Shown in pieces: positions 35,921 through 51,900 of a DNA stretch of 64,000 nt. The notes under the pieces were generated by a model. That model made no database searches, was not told where the DNA came from, and was given only the letters and a program-made list of their open reading frames with translations. How positions within the stretch are numbered: the stretch's first letter is position 1; each line of letters begins with the position of its first letter. The position numbers and the translations under genes are program-made. The stretch lies in contig OZ176056.1 of NCBI GenBank assembly GCA_964247055.1, forward strand, positions 2,108,001 to 2,172,000. Direction: 5' to 3'. This DNA comes from Paragordius varius (lineage: Eukaryota > Animalia > Nematomorpha).

Positions 35921-38900
35921 TATTAGTAAAAAACTGATAAATAATAAAATGCTATAAAAAATTAATTAAATTATTATAAATTTATTTTAATCCTAAATAA
36001 ATTTTTTTTGGGAAGTTGTTGCGTTTGTTAAAAAGATAATCTTTATGTCACCTTGAATAGTGTCCATCATATCTATATAAATATTGTTTAAAGCCAAAAA
36101 TATTATTTTCATATATTAAAGTCTGCAATAAAATTAGACATGCAAAAAATATACTGCTAATGCGCTCTTTCAAGGCTAAATTTGATATATATAATTTATT
36201 GATTTGTGAAATTTTTTAATTTTTAGTATTATAAAGCATACATTTTATGGATATTTTCATTCCATCTATGAAATAATTTATATAAATATTAACAAAACAC
36301 AAAGAGGTAATCTACCTAAAAATCTCTCTCAAATATAAAAGAGTACTTGAAAAGTACATGTCATTTTTTTTCAAAATATTCAACAATTTTAATCCTATAT
36401 GTGCGGTTAGAAAATCAGCGTGTCTCTGAAACCTAAATGGCTTAAATAAACATATTTTAAAAACCGGCAGTTTTAATAATTATTAGAATTTATTGTTATT
36501 AATAATTTAGGTGATTTTAAACTAATGTCGTCAATTAATACACAATAATTATTTTGAGCATTATATAAATTTCTTAACTTATCACAAAATTTATCCCAAT
36601 GTGGACTCTTATAGTAATCTTTACATACAATTATTTTTTTTATTACACCAATGTTTAATTAATTATTAAAAATTACCAATTTTGGCCCGATCTATATTAA
36701 ATTTAATGATTTAATTATAATTTTATAAATTATATTGCCATAAAAATTACTTATATTTTCTGGACCTAATCACGAAATAAAAAATTTTAATAATTTTTAT
36801 AATGAAAACTATATATAAAAATATTTTACTAATATTCCGCGTTTCCTCCAAAAAGTTTTTTGAATCTAAATATATATAGGGATAATTTAAATTAAAGATA
36901 TTTAAAAAATAAAATTAAAATTGCTGCAAAATGTAAAATAAAACATAAATAGAATTACGATTAACTAAAATGTATTGAAGATTATAATGTAACGCAAAGC
37001 TATTTTGATTTAAAAATAAAAGGTCATTGATTAAATATAAATCAATATATATGCCAAAAATTTAAAAATTTGATGGTATTAAAAACTTTATTAGAGTCTT
37101 CAGACTCCTTGGGAAAATACAATAAAATCAAAAAAAAAAATTTTTTTAAGTTTTTCCGTATTAAATCACATAATTTTATATACCATTTTATAACCAAATG
37201 CAACTAATTATAGCCATAGGAAAATAAAAATGTTTGTTTTAGTTAAAAATGTTGCGTTTGGTAAAATGTTACTTTTGACTAAAAATCATATAATTATAAT
37301 TAGACGGGCTATTTGGAAATCAAATTAAATTTTATGAAAATATATCAGCTGCCATAAAGTAATTTTAAAAACCTTATTGGAATCTTTATAAATTATTATA
37401 ACATTCGTTAAGATATAAGATTTAAGCTTTTTCGATTTTTATGTTTTGAAATTTTTGTTATTACAAATATAGTAAAATTTTAAAACGTTCTACATTTTAA
37501 AAGAGTCAAAACACAAAACATTTGTTTCTCTTGGTTACTTGCGTTTATTTATCTATAGAGCACTGGCCTCTCATTAGAATTTAAGGGAATTTGAAAGTCC
37601 ATCGCAGTGGTATTTCCTTATAAATTTTAACAGGCTGTATAAAAGCACTTTTAGGGCCGCGGTTTTAATTAATCTATTGGCTTTATACAAAAACCTAATT
37701 AAAAGCGTACAAGGGGTAGAAATTCACAAACTACGCCAATTAAAAAGAGTGGAAAAATATGAATACTGACCTGATTTATTAAAATGCTATGTTTTAAATC
37801 GTTACGATGAATTATATATTTAATTTTTACAAATACTTTTTGATCATTTCAATTCATTAAAGCTAATGAATAAATTATACATTAACTTCACACTTTTTAT
37901 ATCATCATTTTTCCAATAAATTTTAATTTATAACAGCTGAATTTTGGTTTATATTTTATAAAACGTATTTTTTGAAAAGTCAGTAACCATCTAAGAGAAC
38001 GGTTCCAATGTTAAAAACCGGTATTAAAAGTTATACTGTAAGCCAGGTCTTCCAAATTTTAAGAGATATGCTGTTTATTTTAAATTTTTACAACCCGATT
38101 GTGATTATAAACGAGCAGAAACCATTGAAATTTTGGTTCCACTTTTTTTTGACTTGGTTTTCCGGGCGTTAGTTTTCATGTTTTGTCCTTATAATTTTAA
38201 TTTTTATCAATATAGATTCTAAGTAAGACATATACCTTCCATAAGATTGGATCCTTCTGCAGAGGTAAAATAAATATATTCAATACATCAGTAAATTACT
38301 AAGTACCTGTATTCAAATTTTCGACATCTGAAATATATGGTTTATATCATTAAAATCATAACGATATATGTGCAAAAATGATTTTCAAAAATTGCTCAAT
38401 TATCTTTAAAAGATGTGTTTTATAAAAATATTTAATATATAAGAAATTTAGAATTGAAAAACATACGCTCCAATATTTGTCGGCCTATAAAATTAAAGTG
38501 AAATAAAATTCTTTTTTTTTGAAAAAAATTAAATAATATATTTTTTTCGAATTGTACCTTGAACGATTCTGTCATGACTAGTTTTAAATCTTTTGCCTTA
38601 TGTAAAATATTATAAAAAGTATACTTGGTCGAAGTTCTAATTGATATAGAAACGAATTATAAATTGTTAATTTAACCTTAATCGTATTTAGGTCAAATTT
38701 ATCCAATCTATAATAAATTTTGATAGCGGTATTTTATGTGTTTATTTAAAGTAATAAAAAGTTTTTTGGTTACCCTTTTTTCAGAAAAAATATTTTTTTT
38801 TAACTTAATGCTAAATTAAATGAAATTTACAATCACAAATGACTTTATAAAATTAATTAATTCACTTATGTTCTTTAAGTGCTGATTACCCAATTTTATT

Positions 38901-41900
38901 TTTTGAAATTAATAAATTAAAGATTTAATATGTTATAAAAAATGAAGTCTAGATTACTTATAAATATGAAAAAATCCCTCTATTTAAACAATTTTTTTAT
39001 TATTTCAAAAAATATCGGCTTTTGAAATATAAATATTTCTTTTTTGCATTAAAATGTAAGTTATACCGCTTATATCATCCTCACCTACATCATAGTCTAA
39101 ATTTAGGGAAATATATATATATGTATACTCCATCAGAACTGGAATCAACAAAAAATATGTGGAGTCTTAAGAACTAACTTAATTTCGGCCTTAAAATTTG
39201 AATATTGTCAACTGACCTTAAGTTTATGCATTAATCTTTACAAGGATAATATAAATTAGCCAAATTTATAAAATAATATAATATTTCGTGATTATTCTTA
39301 AACTTTTATGTAAATTATGGTTTTTTATTGTCATACATCTTTTTAAAGATGTCTATTTTGATTGCATATTAATTAAAAGGTTAAAAAAATTTTCATCAGT
39401 TTTTTTGGAGACCTATTTTTATAATTTGGTTTCATGTTATGTGATATGGACTCATACATTTCATAATTGAAATAATATTTAGCCTACCTAGGGTTAAACT
39501 GCTCATATGTGTAAAAAATTTGGTAGCAAAATATATATGTATTAAAAAAGTTGGCTTTTTTAAATTATTTTAATAAATTACAAATCATTAATTAACGTAA
39601 TATTAATAATTAATACGCTTGCAAATTTAACTAAAAATACATGTTAAATATAATTGTACATCCACCATATCATATGATATTTTTGAATATTCACGGCTTA
39701 GGTCATATAAACTAAAATAGTTTCGTATAAAAATCTACTTCTTTGAAGACCGGATGGTCCCGGTTGGGGTTCTGTGGCCTCTGTTTAAAATATAATTGGA
39801 AAAAATTAATATGTATTTCATAAAAATAGTTTTAGTCCCGTAAAATATAAAAAGCTTAGAGCATTTATAAAAAATTAAAACCAGATGAGCTTTGTGGGGT
39901 AATTTCAGATATGGCATTATCAGAAACTAAAAAGAAAATGAATAATTTTTAGTTCAAAATTATATAAATCGCAATTGATTTATTATATTATTTCCCTTCC
40001 TTAATATTAGTCTTAAACTTGTATGGACAATAATTGATAATGTATAAATAGATAGAGCCGAATTAAAAAATACCTTCAGTTGATGGTGGATTTACACTGG
40101 GCCCTGATAAAAATTATATATTTGCTTTTAGTTAAAAATTAGGTTTTTTAATTTTTGAACATAAACCGCCAAAGATACTTAGGTTAGGGTATAATACAGT
40201 CAAAAAAGTAAAAATTGTTTTTAAAAATAACGGTATTTGAACAAATTTTAAAATTTGTTAATTACTTTGTCACCAAAAATTAACACTAACTTGTCATTAC
40301 CTGGTTCTAACTGAGCCAATTCGCCTCCATCATCTAGATTTTTAGATTTATTTTTAATCATATCAATTTATAAAAATTTCCAAAATAGGTTTTAATTGGT
40401 TTCAAATAGTTTAGCGAAGCAAATATTTCAATTAAATAATTTTATACAATTTGCAATGTGTTTAATTACTTATTGTAATATTGAAAAACCAGAAATTACA
40501 AAACAAAAAGTTATTTTTATATAAAACTATTAAATTATTTTTTATAAAAATATTTGTGTAACATAAATTGACATCATCAATATTGGAATTAAAATTGCTT
40601 TTTTTGGTAGATTATAATTATTTAGATAAATCACTAATACTTATCCCATAATTTATCAATTAAACTTTTTATTTTTTTAAAAAAATATAATTACCAATAT
40701 TCGCAATTGTTTCAACCAATTTAGCAGCTTCACTGATTTCAACTATTTTATAATAAAATAAAATTTAGAAAAAAACCAAATAAAACAAAATTTTTGATAA
40801 TATATGGTTAATTTTTATCATAACATATAATTTTTAGGGTCATTGAATTATATACCTCCATCTACGACATTTTTATTTGTAAAAATATATTTGAGTTTTA
40901 CCTGTGAGTACAGTAGCTAATGTTTAAAAATATTTATTATAAATTACATTTTTATATAATTTAAAAATAATAGAAATTATATCATTGAAGTGACCGTTTT
41001 TTAACAAAGGAATTAGTAAAAAAATTTATTTAATTAAAATACTAAAATAAAGTTGCAAATTCATACAAAAATTAAATCACAAGGCTAAAATTTATGTTTT
41101 TATGTTTATATTAGGTGAATAACTTATCCAAACTATACTAGTAATTAAATAAATTATGTTAAAATTTCATATATTTTATCAATTACCTTTTCAATTTCAT
41201 GTAAAAAAATGTGCTAAAATTATTTTTTAAAAAATCAGAAAGCTCAATTTCCTATTTTTATATTAGAGTCTTGGCTTTAAATAACTAGTTGTTAGGTTTT
41301 TGGGGACCTCATAAAGAGCAAAAAGCAATAAACTCAAATAAAATATAATCATTTTAAAACAAATTTATAGTTCTTGCAAATGTAATTTTCTTTATTCCTT
41401 AACGAATTTCTCGGTATGGTAATGTTGTCGGTTTAGAACGTATATACTGTTAATATACAAGTTTAAATGGGGTAACTTTGAATGCAACTCAAAGAAAAGT
41501 AATGATTGGACAGAAACAATATTTTCATATTTTCCTTTTATAAAAAAAAGATTATAGGCAATAATTTTGAATTAATATAGGGAGAGTTAGGATCAAATAT
41601 ATACGCTAAATATATTCATACAAGCCAATATAATAAATTCATATCTTAAAAAGGTCAAATCAGTTAGCCTCTTTGAAACAAAACACGTTCTTTATTGTTG
41701 CAAGAATATGCTTTATACGGACAAAACGTATAGAAAAAGATTTGTCACAAAGTCATACATTCTTTTGCCTTGATTTTTACCCGCATTTTAATTTATTAAG
41801 TTTTTTTACAATTTAAATTTCGATTTATCATTTTATAAACGACAAAAGGCTGAGTTAATTTTATAAAAAGTCATGATTTTAAGAAAGAGTTGTCTTTTAT

Positions 41901-44900
41901 AAAAAACCTTCTTTGAGTTTTTCTGTTTTGTTCCTATGATTTAGGTCATTTTTTTATTTTACCATGATTAAATACTAAAAAAATTACATTTTACGTCGAA
42001 TAAATACCCGAATTTTTATCCGGTATAAAATATTTGCAATATAAATTAAATCATTAACGTCTACCTGCCACTAAAAATATAAATAATATAACTTTATAAA
42101 AAATATTTTTAGTGTGATATTTTTTATAAATGGTAAATTTTAACGATAAGAATTACACGTTCATTTTAACCATTAATAATAACTAGTTTGAAATATGTAT
42201 TTGAAATTTAAAAATTTTGTCCAAGAAACATAATAACAAATTTAAAGTAATTTTTAAAAAAATTAAATCTTTATAATGTAATAACTCACAATAAATATAA
42301 ATAATTTATCAAATATTGGATAAAATATAGTCTAGTATTAATTATTTCTATATTTTTTTAACGGTTAAAACAACGAAATTTTATGTTTAATATATAGCAA
42401 TTATTAAGAAATACCTTGTGGAGTTAGAGCACCTAAGAAGTTTATAATGCAAAAATATATTTCGAGAGATACAAATATGTCGTACCAATTCCGATCGCTG
42501 CAACAACTAATTTAAATCAATGATAAAATTAAATTGGTAAATAAATTTTTAAGACAAAACTTTTCGATATTCACACAAAAAAATTTAAATAACTGGTTTA
42601 ATTAAATTTTTTAGCTTAAAAATGAGGTAATCCTAAAAATAATGTTTTATCCAGGGGTATTCTGCACCGCAGTCCTCCAAAACATTTTTTAGAATTAATT
42701 CAATTAAATATAAAATATTATGAATGGCAAAAATATGCCCACTTATTTTATTCAATTTTCTGGAAAAATTTTGCTAAATTGGTGAATAATAAGTATATAT
42801 ATATATATATATTTATATTACGAATGGTATTAAGTCGAAAATGCGTGCCATGAAGCCATTTGTATTAGTTACCCTGTTTTTTACCCATTCTTATATTATT
42901 GGTTTGTATAAATTGTGAGTCAATCAAAGTAATTAATTTTATTATATCTTACTTAAAATGTAAATGTACTGTTTTTATTTTTATTGATCTCCTAAATTCT
43001 TAAAATTTCTACTGTTTAAAATCCAATAAATGTTGACAATAAATGCCATCATGTTTAATTATTTGTTCAAACTGTCGCATTTAAGATGTATAAAATAAAT
43101 AAAATATAAGTAGAAATAGTATACCAGGAAAAGCAGTTAAAAGTTTTTTTCCATCAATGACAGAATCCTTTTTATGTTAAATATATTTTTATACTTGAGT
43201 CCGACCTTTGTAAATTGAGTTTGTTTTGTTGGGCCTTTCATACTTCTTCTAAAAATTTTAATATTGCTATAAAGTTTTATTTAATGTCATATCACTGCAT
43301 TTATTTCAATGTGGCTATAACATTCAGAATTTTATACTACTAAAATTCTAAACACGGAAAATTATCAGTATAAAATCTTAAATATAATAGTAAAAGCAAC
43401 TTAAATTTTTTTTAGAATATGATGCAATATCAGCAAAATAATAATAATTAATGAATTTTCATTAGATTCCTCAAACTTCCTCGGACCAACACAAAAATAA
43501 GCCTGATTATTAATACATTTTCAAATATAAATACCGTTTTATTAGAGTGTTTATTTATATTGGCAGCTATATTAAAAAAGGATAAGAAATTTCTATTTAA
43601 AAACATCTCTTTAAAATCTTGACCCATTTTGAAAACAAGTTATAAAATCGGTTTCGGCACTGTATTCCAAATCGGTCAAACTTTTAAAAATACTAATTCC
43701 CAATAAGTGCATTTTATTATATAAATAAATTTTTAATATTTATAAAGATCGTTGGTTAAAAATGTATAAAAATAATTTTAATTTTTATTGTAACCGACAT
43801 AAAAACCGCTACACTAAAAAATACGACAATTTTTTTTACACCAAAATAGGATATATTCAATCGAGCAAAGGCAGTTAATATACATTATGCATTTTAATGG
43901 TTGCTTATTTCACACTATAGTAGGGCAATTTGCAACACAGTTAAGTGTTGTTTTTTTCCATACACTAACTACTGTGTTGGAAATCGTCCTACTAAATGTA
44001 AAATAAGCAACCATTAATATGCATACTGTAGTAAAAATGTATACGTATTCTTATTTATCTATTATTTTTTTAAAACACGTGCAAATACTTAAAATTTTTA
44101 AAATCAACACCATTTTTACTTGTTTCTCCTGGCCCTGACTAAAAAGAATGATTGAAATTTTTTGTTAAAACCTAAATTTATATTGTACAGTAAAAATCGG
44201 AATTCTAAGACAAAAGAAAAATAAGGACAAATATCTTTTTCAAAAGCAATTATACGTTTCGTTTTAATTTTTCCTGAATAAACTATTATTTACATTTGTA
44301 GAATATATAAATTGTGTTACCAATATACATCTCTATTTGATACTTTGCAGTTTGAAACAATGAGTTAAAATGGAAATAAAATCTCGAAAACTATAGCCGT
44401 GTGAAAAAATATTGGTATTTACGTTTTGTCTGTATAATATAAATTTTTACTGTAAATATTATTATACATAACATAAAAAGTTTTATAATTACGAGACCTG
44501 TTCATAATAATATTTATCCATCAACTGAGTTTCATTTGAATCTGAAAAATAACACAAATTCATTAAAATTAACCAGTCAATACTTAAACAACCATATGTT
44601 ATGGCTGGAAATAGAAATATGAATTTGACATGTGGTAAACTCAATTTTATGACCAAATAAGTATTTTTAATAATATATATGGTCTTAAAAAATTAAATTT
44701 CTGTTTAAACCATTTAACTGTTTATCATATTATAGCGAGAATTGCATTTCTAAGCAATAAGACCATTATCGGCTAAATCAATATTTCTCTAGTATGGAGC
44801 TCTAATTAATCATTTGACCACTTAAAATAAGTTATTATCATATTAAATATTTAATTTTAACCTTTAAAACAAGAACATAAAATAGCTTTGGGGGCTTTTT

Positions 44901-44957
44901 GAATCAAAAAATCGGCGGGCCGCATTCGAAGTATATATAAGCTAAATATAGCATTTA

Positions 44958-45290
44958 CAGTTCAAATTCACCCTTGAACAATTCACCCTTGAACAATTCA
45001 CCCTTGTATAATATAAATTCACCCTCGAAGAATTCAAATTCACCCTAAAATAAATTGTATTTTTTAAGATTAAAAATTACCTTTAAAAATATTTTTAAAA
45101 TATCAAATTCCGTTTAAAATTAATATAATGCTGAAATAATAATCTATGTCGTAAAAATATATTTCATATCAATGATGAATTATATCATTCCGAAAACACA
45201 TAATTTATGTTTAGGGTGAAGGTGAATTGCTTAGGGTGAATTTGAGTGGTTCGACGGCGAATTTGAATTGCTCAAAGTTAAATATGAATT
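44958..45290. mobile_element. MITE family 3 (end cagttcaaattcacc with aattcaccct subterminal repeats)
   Basis: Repeated aattcaccct(tgaac) at the left and agggtgaatt at the right; inserted within the hAT-like element of copy B; relatives in ACC introns. Confidence 0.7.
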
Positions 45291-46633
45291 ATAAATGGTA
45301 TATATTATCATTCAGCCATAAAAAATAAAATTTTAAACAACATTGATTTCTAGTTTGTTGCCAGAGAAGGTGAAATTTTTTAGGAAATATTAATTTTATA
45401 TTCATAAGAAAATTTTTTAAAAATATATTTCCAAATTTTCCGAGTGACGCACGGATCACGGAAGTGTGGTACACCCCTACTTTATGCATGAATTATATTT
45501 TAATCCAAAAAGTATTACTTATTGCGTATTCAGTAACTGACACGTTTGGTATTTTAGTGAGATTCTTCAAAATAAAAAATTTGAATTAGCCAGTTAATCA
45601 TAATAAAAATAATTATGGTAACGAAAAAGGGATATATTTAATTATAACTTGTATATTTGAAATTCCTAATAATAAATATTTAAATATAAATTTTATTATA
45701 ATACGATAGAAACAGCATTGTATTTGTAATCGAAACCACGGTAATAAACAGTATCTCATTTTCCTTTTTAAAAATCTCTTATAATGTATAATTTAAAATC
45801 ATCCGATGTCCGGTTCTTTATAATATTTTAAAAAATATGAAATCAAGATTTGACAATCACTTCAAAAACGAGCTGTATCAAAGACACTAAAACTAAAACC
45901 GAATTTAAAATGAAACCATAAAAGTTTTTTTTTCAAAAAATGTGTGGAAAAGTCAAAACAAAAAATTGTTTATTCATATTTGGAACCAATTTTAAAATAT
46001 AATTCTAGTATCAACCATTGCAATGCATATTCAAATATTTTTTTCGACAAAGGCATAAATATACTTTGTTCAATGTCCGTTCTGGATTGATTAGTATTAA
46101 GTGAATAATTGTCATCCTTGATCTCAATAACTAATTTAACATGTTAATAAATATCTATATGTAATAAATATCAATTGACTTTTGCTAATATTTTTAAAAA
46201 AAAAGTTTTGTTTATATTAATTAATCATAAATATTAATATTCTGAAGTAATTTAATAAATCATAATCAGGTAAAAACATAAAAATATGTAAGTGTATATC
46301 TTTACTGAATACAATCTGTTTATGATATGCTATATAATTTTATAAAAAATTTATTAAAATTCGTATAGCACGGATCAATATATAAAACCGATCGATTGGC
46401 TTATATACAATTATTCGCAAACTTTTATCAATATTTAAAAAAAATTTACCATTACCTCCTCAAATTTACTCTTTAACATTTTAAATTCACCCTCAAACAT
46501 TTTAAAATAACTCTAAAAAAATATGTGTTTTTGAATATCTTATATTACACATATTTTTGTAAAACAAAATTGGAATATTATTATTAAATACGGAAAAACA
46601 ATGACATGGCATTGAGAAACCAATCAATAAATA

Positions 46634-46774
46634 CAGTCATTTATCCTTTATTTAACAAAAATTTATTTTTTTCGTTAAACGGATTTAGATATTTGGTAAA
46701 GAATGGAAAAAACAAGAGCTCTATGGTAATTCTTATATTTTTTTGATGAATATGATATACTGTTAATACCATAA
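46634..46774. mobile_element. Truncated MITE family 2 copy, specific to copy B
   Basis: Left arm and spacer match 10118-10255; right arm missing. Confidence 0.7.
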
Positions 46775-48928
46775 TGGTTATTGGTTGGATGTGCAGGAGA
46801 GACATATTATTATTGTTAAAAGGTATTTAATAAGTGACTGACTGTTTTTATATCTATTTACTAACATTGACGAATCCTTATTCAATCTAATCAGAAGACC
46901 ATATCACTCGAAATATAAGTTTTATTGTGAAAATCTAAGAATCTGTAAAATATTTTTAAAATTAATTGACATAATTTGCCATTTAAAGCAGTCAAAAAGG
47001 TTTTCCTAAAACTACAAATCGGCGAAACTTACCTGTCGTTTGACTTATTCGCATAATAGGAATCATCATCATCGGAATATTTAATAAAATACTTTTTAAA
47101 AAAATATTTGGTTATTCACGTTAAAAAACATTTTATAAGGTCAGTTATCTATAGTACAAGGTACGCTCCAGCTACAATGTAATATATAAACAAGATAACA
47201 AACATTCTTTCTTAATAGTTATAACAGCCTAAGCAAAACAAAGTTAAATTACGTTTAGGATTAAAAATTATTTTGCATAAATACTTAGTTTACAATTTAA
47301 TTTTAAAGGGATTTGTAAATCCGTGCGAATAACAAGTATTTAAACAACAATATAAGTTTTTAAAATGAATAAATGTATAATTTGAAGAAAATAACAACCT
47401 TTTTCACATTATTACAGGTTAAATAAAATATATAAGTACTTATTCCTGTAATATTTTAATTTTAAATATTACGATTATGCCATTTATTATTTAAGTTTCG
47501 CAAATTATGGAACTTAAATGCAAAAATCATGGATCAATGATAACTGATTCCTTCAAATTGAAGGCAGTCAGCTCATGTCAAAAAAAATCGTCAATTATTT
47601 TTAGTAGAATTAAAACGCGAGACCATTACAGTCACCATATAATTAATTATTGCAAAAAATATTGGGAGGAAGCTAGTAGTTGAATTATATATATATACTG
47701 TGTGCAAAAAAGAGGGTCATTTTGATTTAACGAAATTTTTTTTTAATGAGATAGCTTATGACCAGCGTAGCCGCAAAATTTTTTATTTGTTGACAACCTA
47801 GTTTTTGAGATATTGAAAGAAAATCGAAATCGGGCAAAAATGGAAAAATAAGGATAATTAAGGATAATTAAAAAAATAATGATAAAATTTGAAATACTAC
47901 GGTTTATTATCATTTTAGGAGATATTTTCAATATATCAACCAACAATCCTTACAATTTCCTGTAACAAGTCTGTATGACAAATTAATATTTGTGTTGGCA
48001 TTTGTACGGATTGTTGGTTGATATTCCACTAATTTTCAATCCTATCATGCATAAATTAATACTTAAAAATTCCCACTCATTTAAGAATTCAAAATAAAAC
48101 AGTAAAAATAATTATACACTCATAAACCAGATGACAAAAAGGTGCAAAAATAAAAAACAATATTTTTGGTTTTATTTTGATATAGAAGTTTATTTTACTG
48201 AATAAAATATAAATGTTAAGATTATAATAGTGAGTTTAGGTAGTAAATAATTAAAAAAATATATTTTAATATATTTGTTAACATTTAAATTTATTTATAT
48301 TTACGAATTTACAACAACTATTTATTTAAAAAGATAACCAACTCTTTTAAAACTAGATAATTCCTACATAAATTAAAATCAATCTTTTTATGTTTATAAA
48401 ATGATTGTCTCAACATTTAATATACCATACTTTGCACAAACGGTGATTCTATAACATATGGTTATGAAATATGGTAATAATTTATCTCTACTGTATAATT
48501 TTTAAGAATTTTGTATTTGGAAATAAATCATGCCAATAACTTTGAATTTGGTTAAAAAAATTGAAGGTAGTATACGGAATCGCTGTGTCTGTCTTAATTG
48601 TTTAATATCAAAATATATAACATATATTATTAAAAAATAAAACCATACAATATTCGAATATCATATACGATTAAATTATTTATTTTTTATTTTATAAGGT
48701 GTTATGACCCCATTTTTGGGGTTATATATGTATTATTTAAGAAAACATTAAAAATATTGGATATCAAAATAATAATGGCTGATTTTCTTTTGTAGTTTGT
48801 TCCGTAGAGAATAAGATATATGACAAAAAATAAGAGTGAGATAGGCAAATTGGAATTATATGAAAAGCAAAATACGGTACTGTTAGTTTTTGCTGTATCG
48901 ATAAAAAACCTTCTGGCCTAATCTTTTA

Positions 48929-51900
48929 TATCCACTCATAACCGACCCCCGCAATTCAATAACAAGATAGATGGTGTTTTGGCTGTTAACGAGATGAGAA
49001 TTGATTGAAAACAGATTTTGCCGGACGGTTTATTGTAAGATTTGGCTAACTTGAGTTTACTGTAAAGGACTAAACAGATTAAAGTATTATTGTGGACATC
49101 CACTCATCACCGAAGCCCTAATTCAGTAACAAGATAGATGGTGTTTTAGTTGTTAACAAGTTGAGAATTGATTGAAAACAGATTTTGCCGGACGGTTTAT
49201 TGTAAGATTTGGCTAACTTGAGTTTACTGTAAAGGACTAAACAGATTAAAGTATTATTGTGGACATCCACTCATCACCGAAGCCGCAATTCAGTAACAAG
49301 ATAGATGGTGTTTTGGTTGTTAACGTGATGAGAATTGATTGAAAACAGATTTTGACGGACGCTTTATTGTAAGACTTGGCTAACTTCATTTTACTGTAAA
49401 GGACTAAATAGATTAGTTATTTTTGCATCCACTCATCACCGAAGCCCCAATTCAGTAACAAGATAGATGGTGTTTTAGTTGTTAACGAGTTGAGAATTGA
49501 TTGAAAACAGATTTCGCCGGACAGTTTATTGTAAGAATTAGCTAACTTGAGTTTACCGTAAAGGACTAAATAGATTAGTTCTTTTTGCATCCACTCATCA
49601 CCGAAGCCCCAATTCAGTAACAAGATAGATGGTGTTTTAGTTGTTAACGAGTTGAGAATTGATTGAAAACAGATTTTGCCGGACGGTTTATTGTAAGATT
49701 TGGCTAACTTGAGTTTACTGTAAAGGACTAAACAGATTAAAGTATTATTGTGGACATCCACTCATCACCGAAGCCCCAATTCAGTAACAAGATAGACGGT
49801 GTTTTAGTTGTTAACAAGTTGAGAATTGATTGAAAACAGATTTTGCCGGACGGTTTATTGTAAGATTTGGCTAACTTGAGTTTACTGTAAAGGACAAAAC
49901 AGATTAAAGTATTATTGTGAACATCCACTCATCACCGAAGCCCCAATTTAGTAACAAGATAGACGGTGTTTTAGTTGTTAACAAGTTGAGAATTGATTGA
50001 AAACAGATTTTGCCGGACGGTTTATTGTAAGATTTGGCTAACTTGAGTTTACTGTAAAGGACTAAACAAATTAAAGTATTATTGTGGACATCCACTCATC
50101 ACCGAAGCCCCAATTCAGTAACAAGATAGATGGTGTTTTGGTTGTTAACGTGATGAGAATTGATTGAAAACAGATTTTGACGGACGCTTTATTGTAAGAC
50201 TTGGCTAACTTCATTTTACTGTAAAGGACTAAATAGATTAGTTATTTTTGCATCCACTCATCACCGAAGCCCCAATTCAGTAACAAGATAGATGGTGTTT
50301 TAGTTGTTAACGAGTTGAGAATTGATTGAAAACAGATTTTGACGGACGCTTTATTGTAAGACTTGGCTAACTTCATTTTACTGTAAAGGACTAAATAGAT
50401 TAGTTATTTTTGCATCCACTCATCACCGAAGCCCCAATTCAGTAACAAGATAGATGGTGTTTTAGTTGTTAACGAGTTGAGAATTGATTGAAAACAGATT
50501 TCGCCGGACAGTTTATTGTAAGAATTAGCTAACTTGAGTTTACCGTAAAGGACTAAATAGATTAGTTATTTTTGCATCCACTCATCACCAAAGCCCCAAT
50601 TCAGTAACAAGATAGATGGTGTTTTAGTTGTTAACGAGTTGAGAATTGATTGAAAACAGATTTTGCCGGACGGTTTATTGTAAGATTTGGCTAACTTGAG
50701 TTTACTGTAAAGGACTAAACAGATTAAAGTATTATTGTGGACATCCACTCATCACCGAAGCCCCAATTCAGTAACAAGATAGACGGTGTTTTAGTTGTTA
50801 ACAAGTTGAGAATTTATTGAAAACAGATTTTGCCGGACGGTTTATTGTAAGATTTGGCTAACTTGAGTTTACTGTAAAGGACAAAACAGATTAAAGTATT
50901 ATTGTGGACATCCACTCATCACCGAAGCCCCAATTCAGTAACAAGATAGATGGTGTTTTAGTTGTTAACGAGTTGAGAATTGATTGAAAACAGATTTTGC
51001 CGGACGGTTTATTGTAAGATTTGGCTAACTTGAGTTTACTGTAAAGGACTAAACAGATTAAAGTATTATTGTTGACATCCACTCATCACCGAAGCCCCAA
51101 TTCAGTAACAAGATAGACGGTGTTTTAGTTGTTAACAAGTTGAGAATTGATTGAAAACAGATTTTGCCGGACGGTTTATTGTAAGATTTGGCTAACTTGA
51201 GTTTACTGTAAAGGACAAAACAGATTAAAGTATTATTGTGGACATCCACTCATCACCGAAGCCCCAATTCAGTAACAAGATAGACGGTGTTTTAGTTGTT
51301 AACAAGTTGAGAATTGATTGAAAACAGATTTTGCCGGACGGTTTATTGTAAGATTTGGCTAACTTGAGTTTACTGTAAAGGACTAAACAGATTAAAGTAT
51401 TATTGTGGACATCCACTCATCACCGAAGCCCCAATTCAGTAACAAGATAGATGGTGTTTTGGTTGTTAACGTGATGAGAATTGATTGAAAACAGATTTTG
51501 ACGGACGCTTTATTGTAAGACTTGGCTAACTTCATTTTACTGTAAAGGACTAAATAGATTAGTTATTTTTGCATCCACTCATCACCGAAGCCCCAATTCA
51601 GTAACAAGATAGATGGTGTTTTAGTTTCTAACGAGTTGAGAATTGATTGAAAACAGATTTTGACGGACGCTTTATTGTAAGACTTGGCTAACTTCCTTTT
51701 ACTGTAAAGGACTAAATAGATTAGTTATTTTTGCATCCACTCATCACCGAAGCCCCAATTCAGTAACACGATAGATGGTGTTTTAGTTGTTAACGAGTTG
51801 AGAATTGATTGAAAACAGATTTTGCCGGACGGTTTATTGTAAGATTTGGCTAACTTGAGTTTACTGTAAAGGACTAAACAGATTAAAGTATTATTGTGGA

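Noticed and set aside
47690-48050. Possible further DNA-transposon fragment specific to copy B
   Set aside because: No second terminus, TSD or coding signature could be found within the window.
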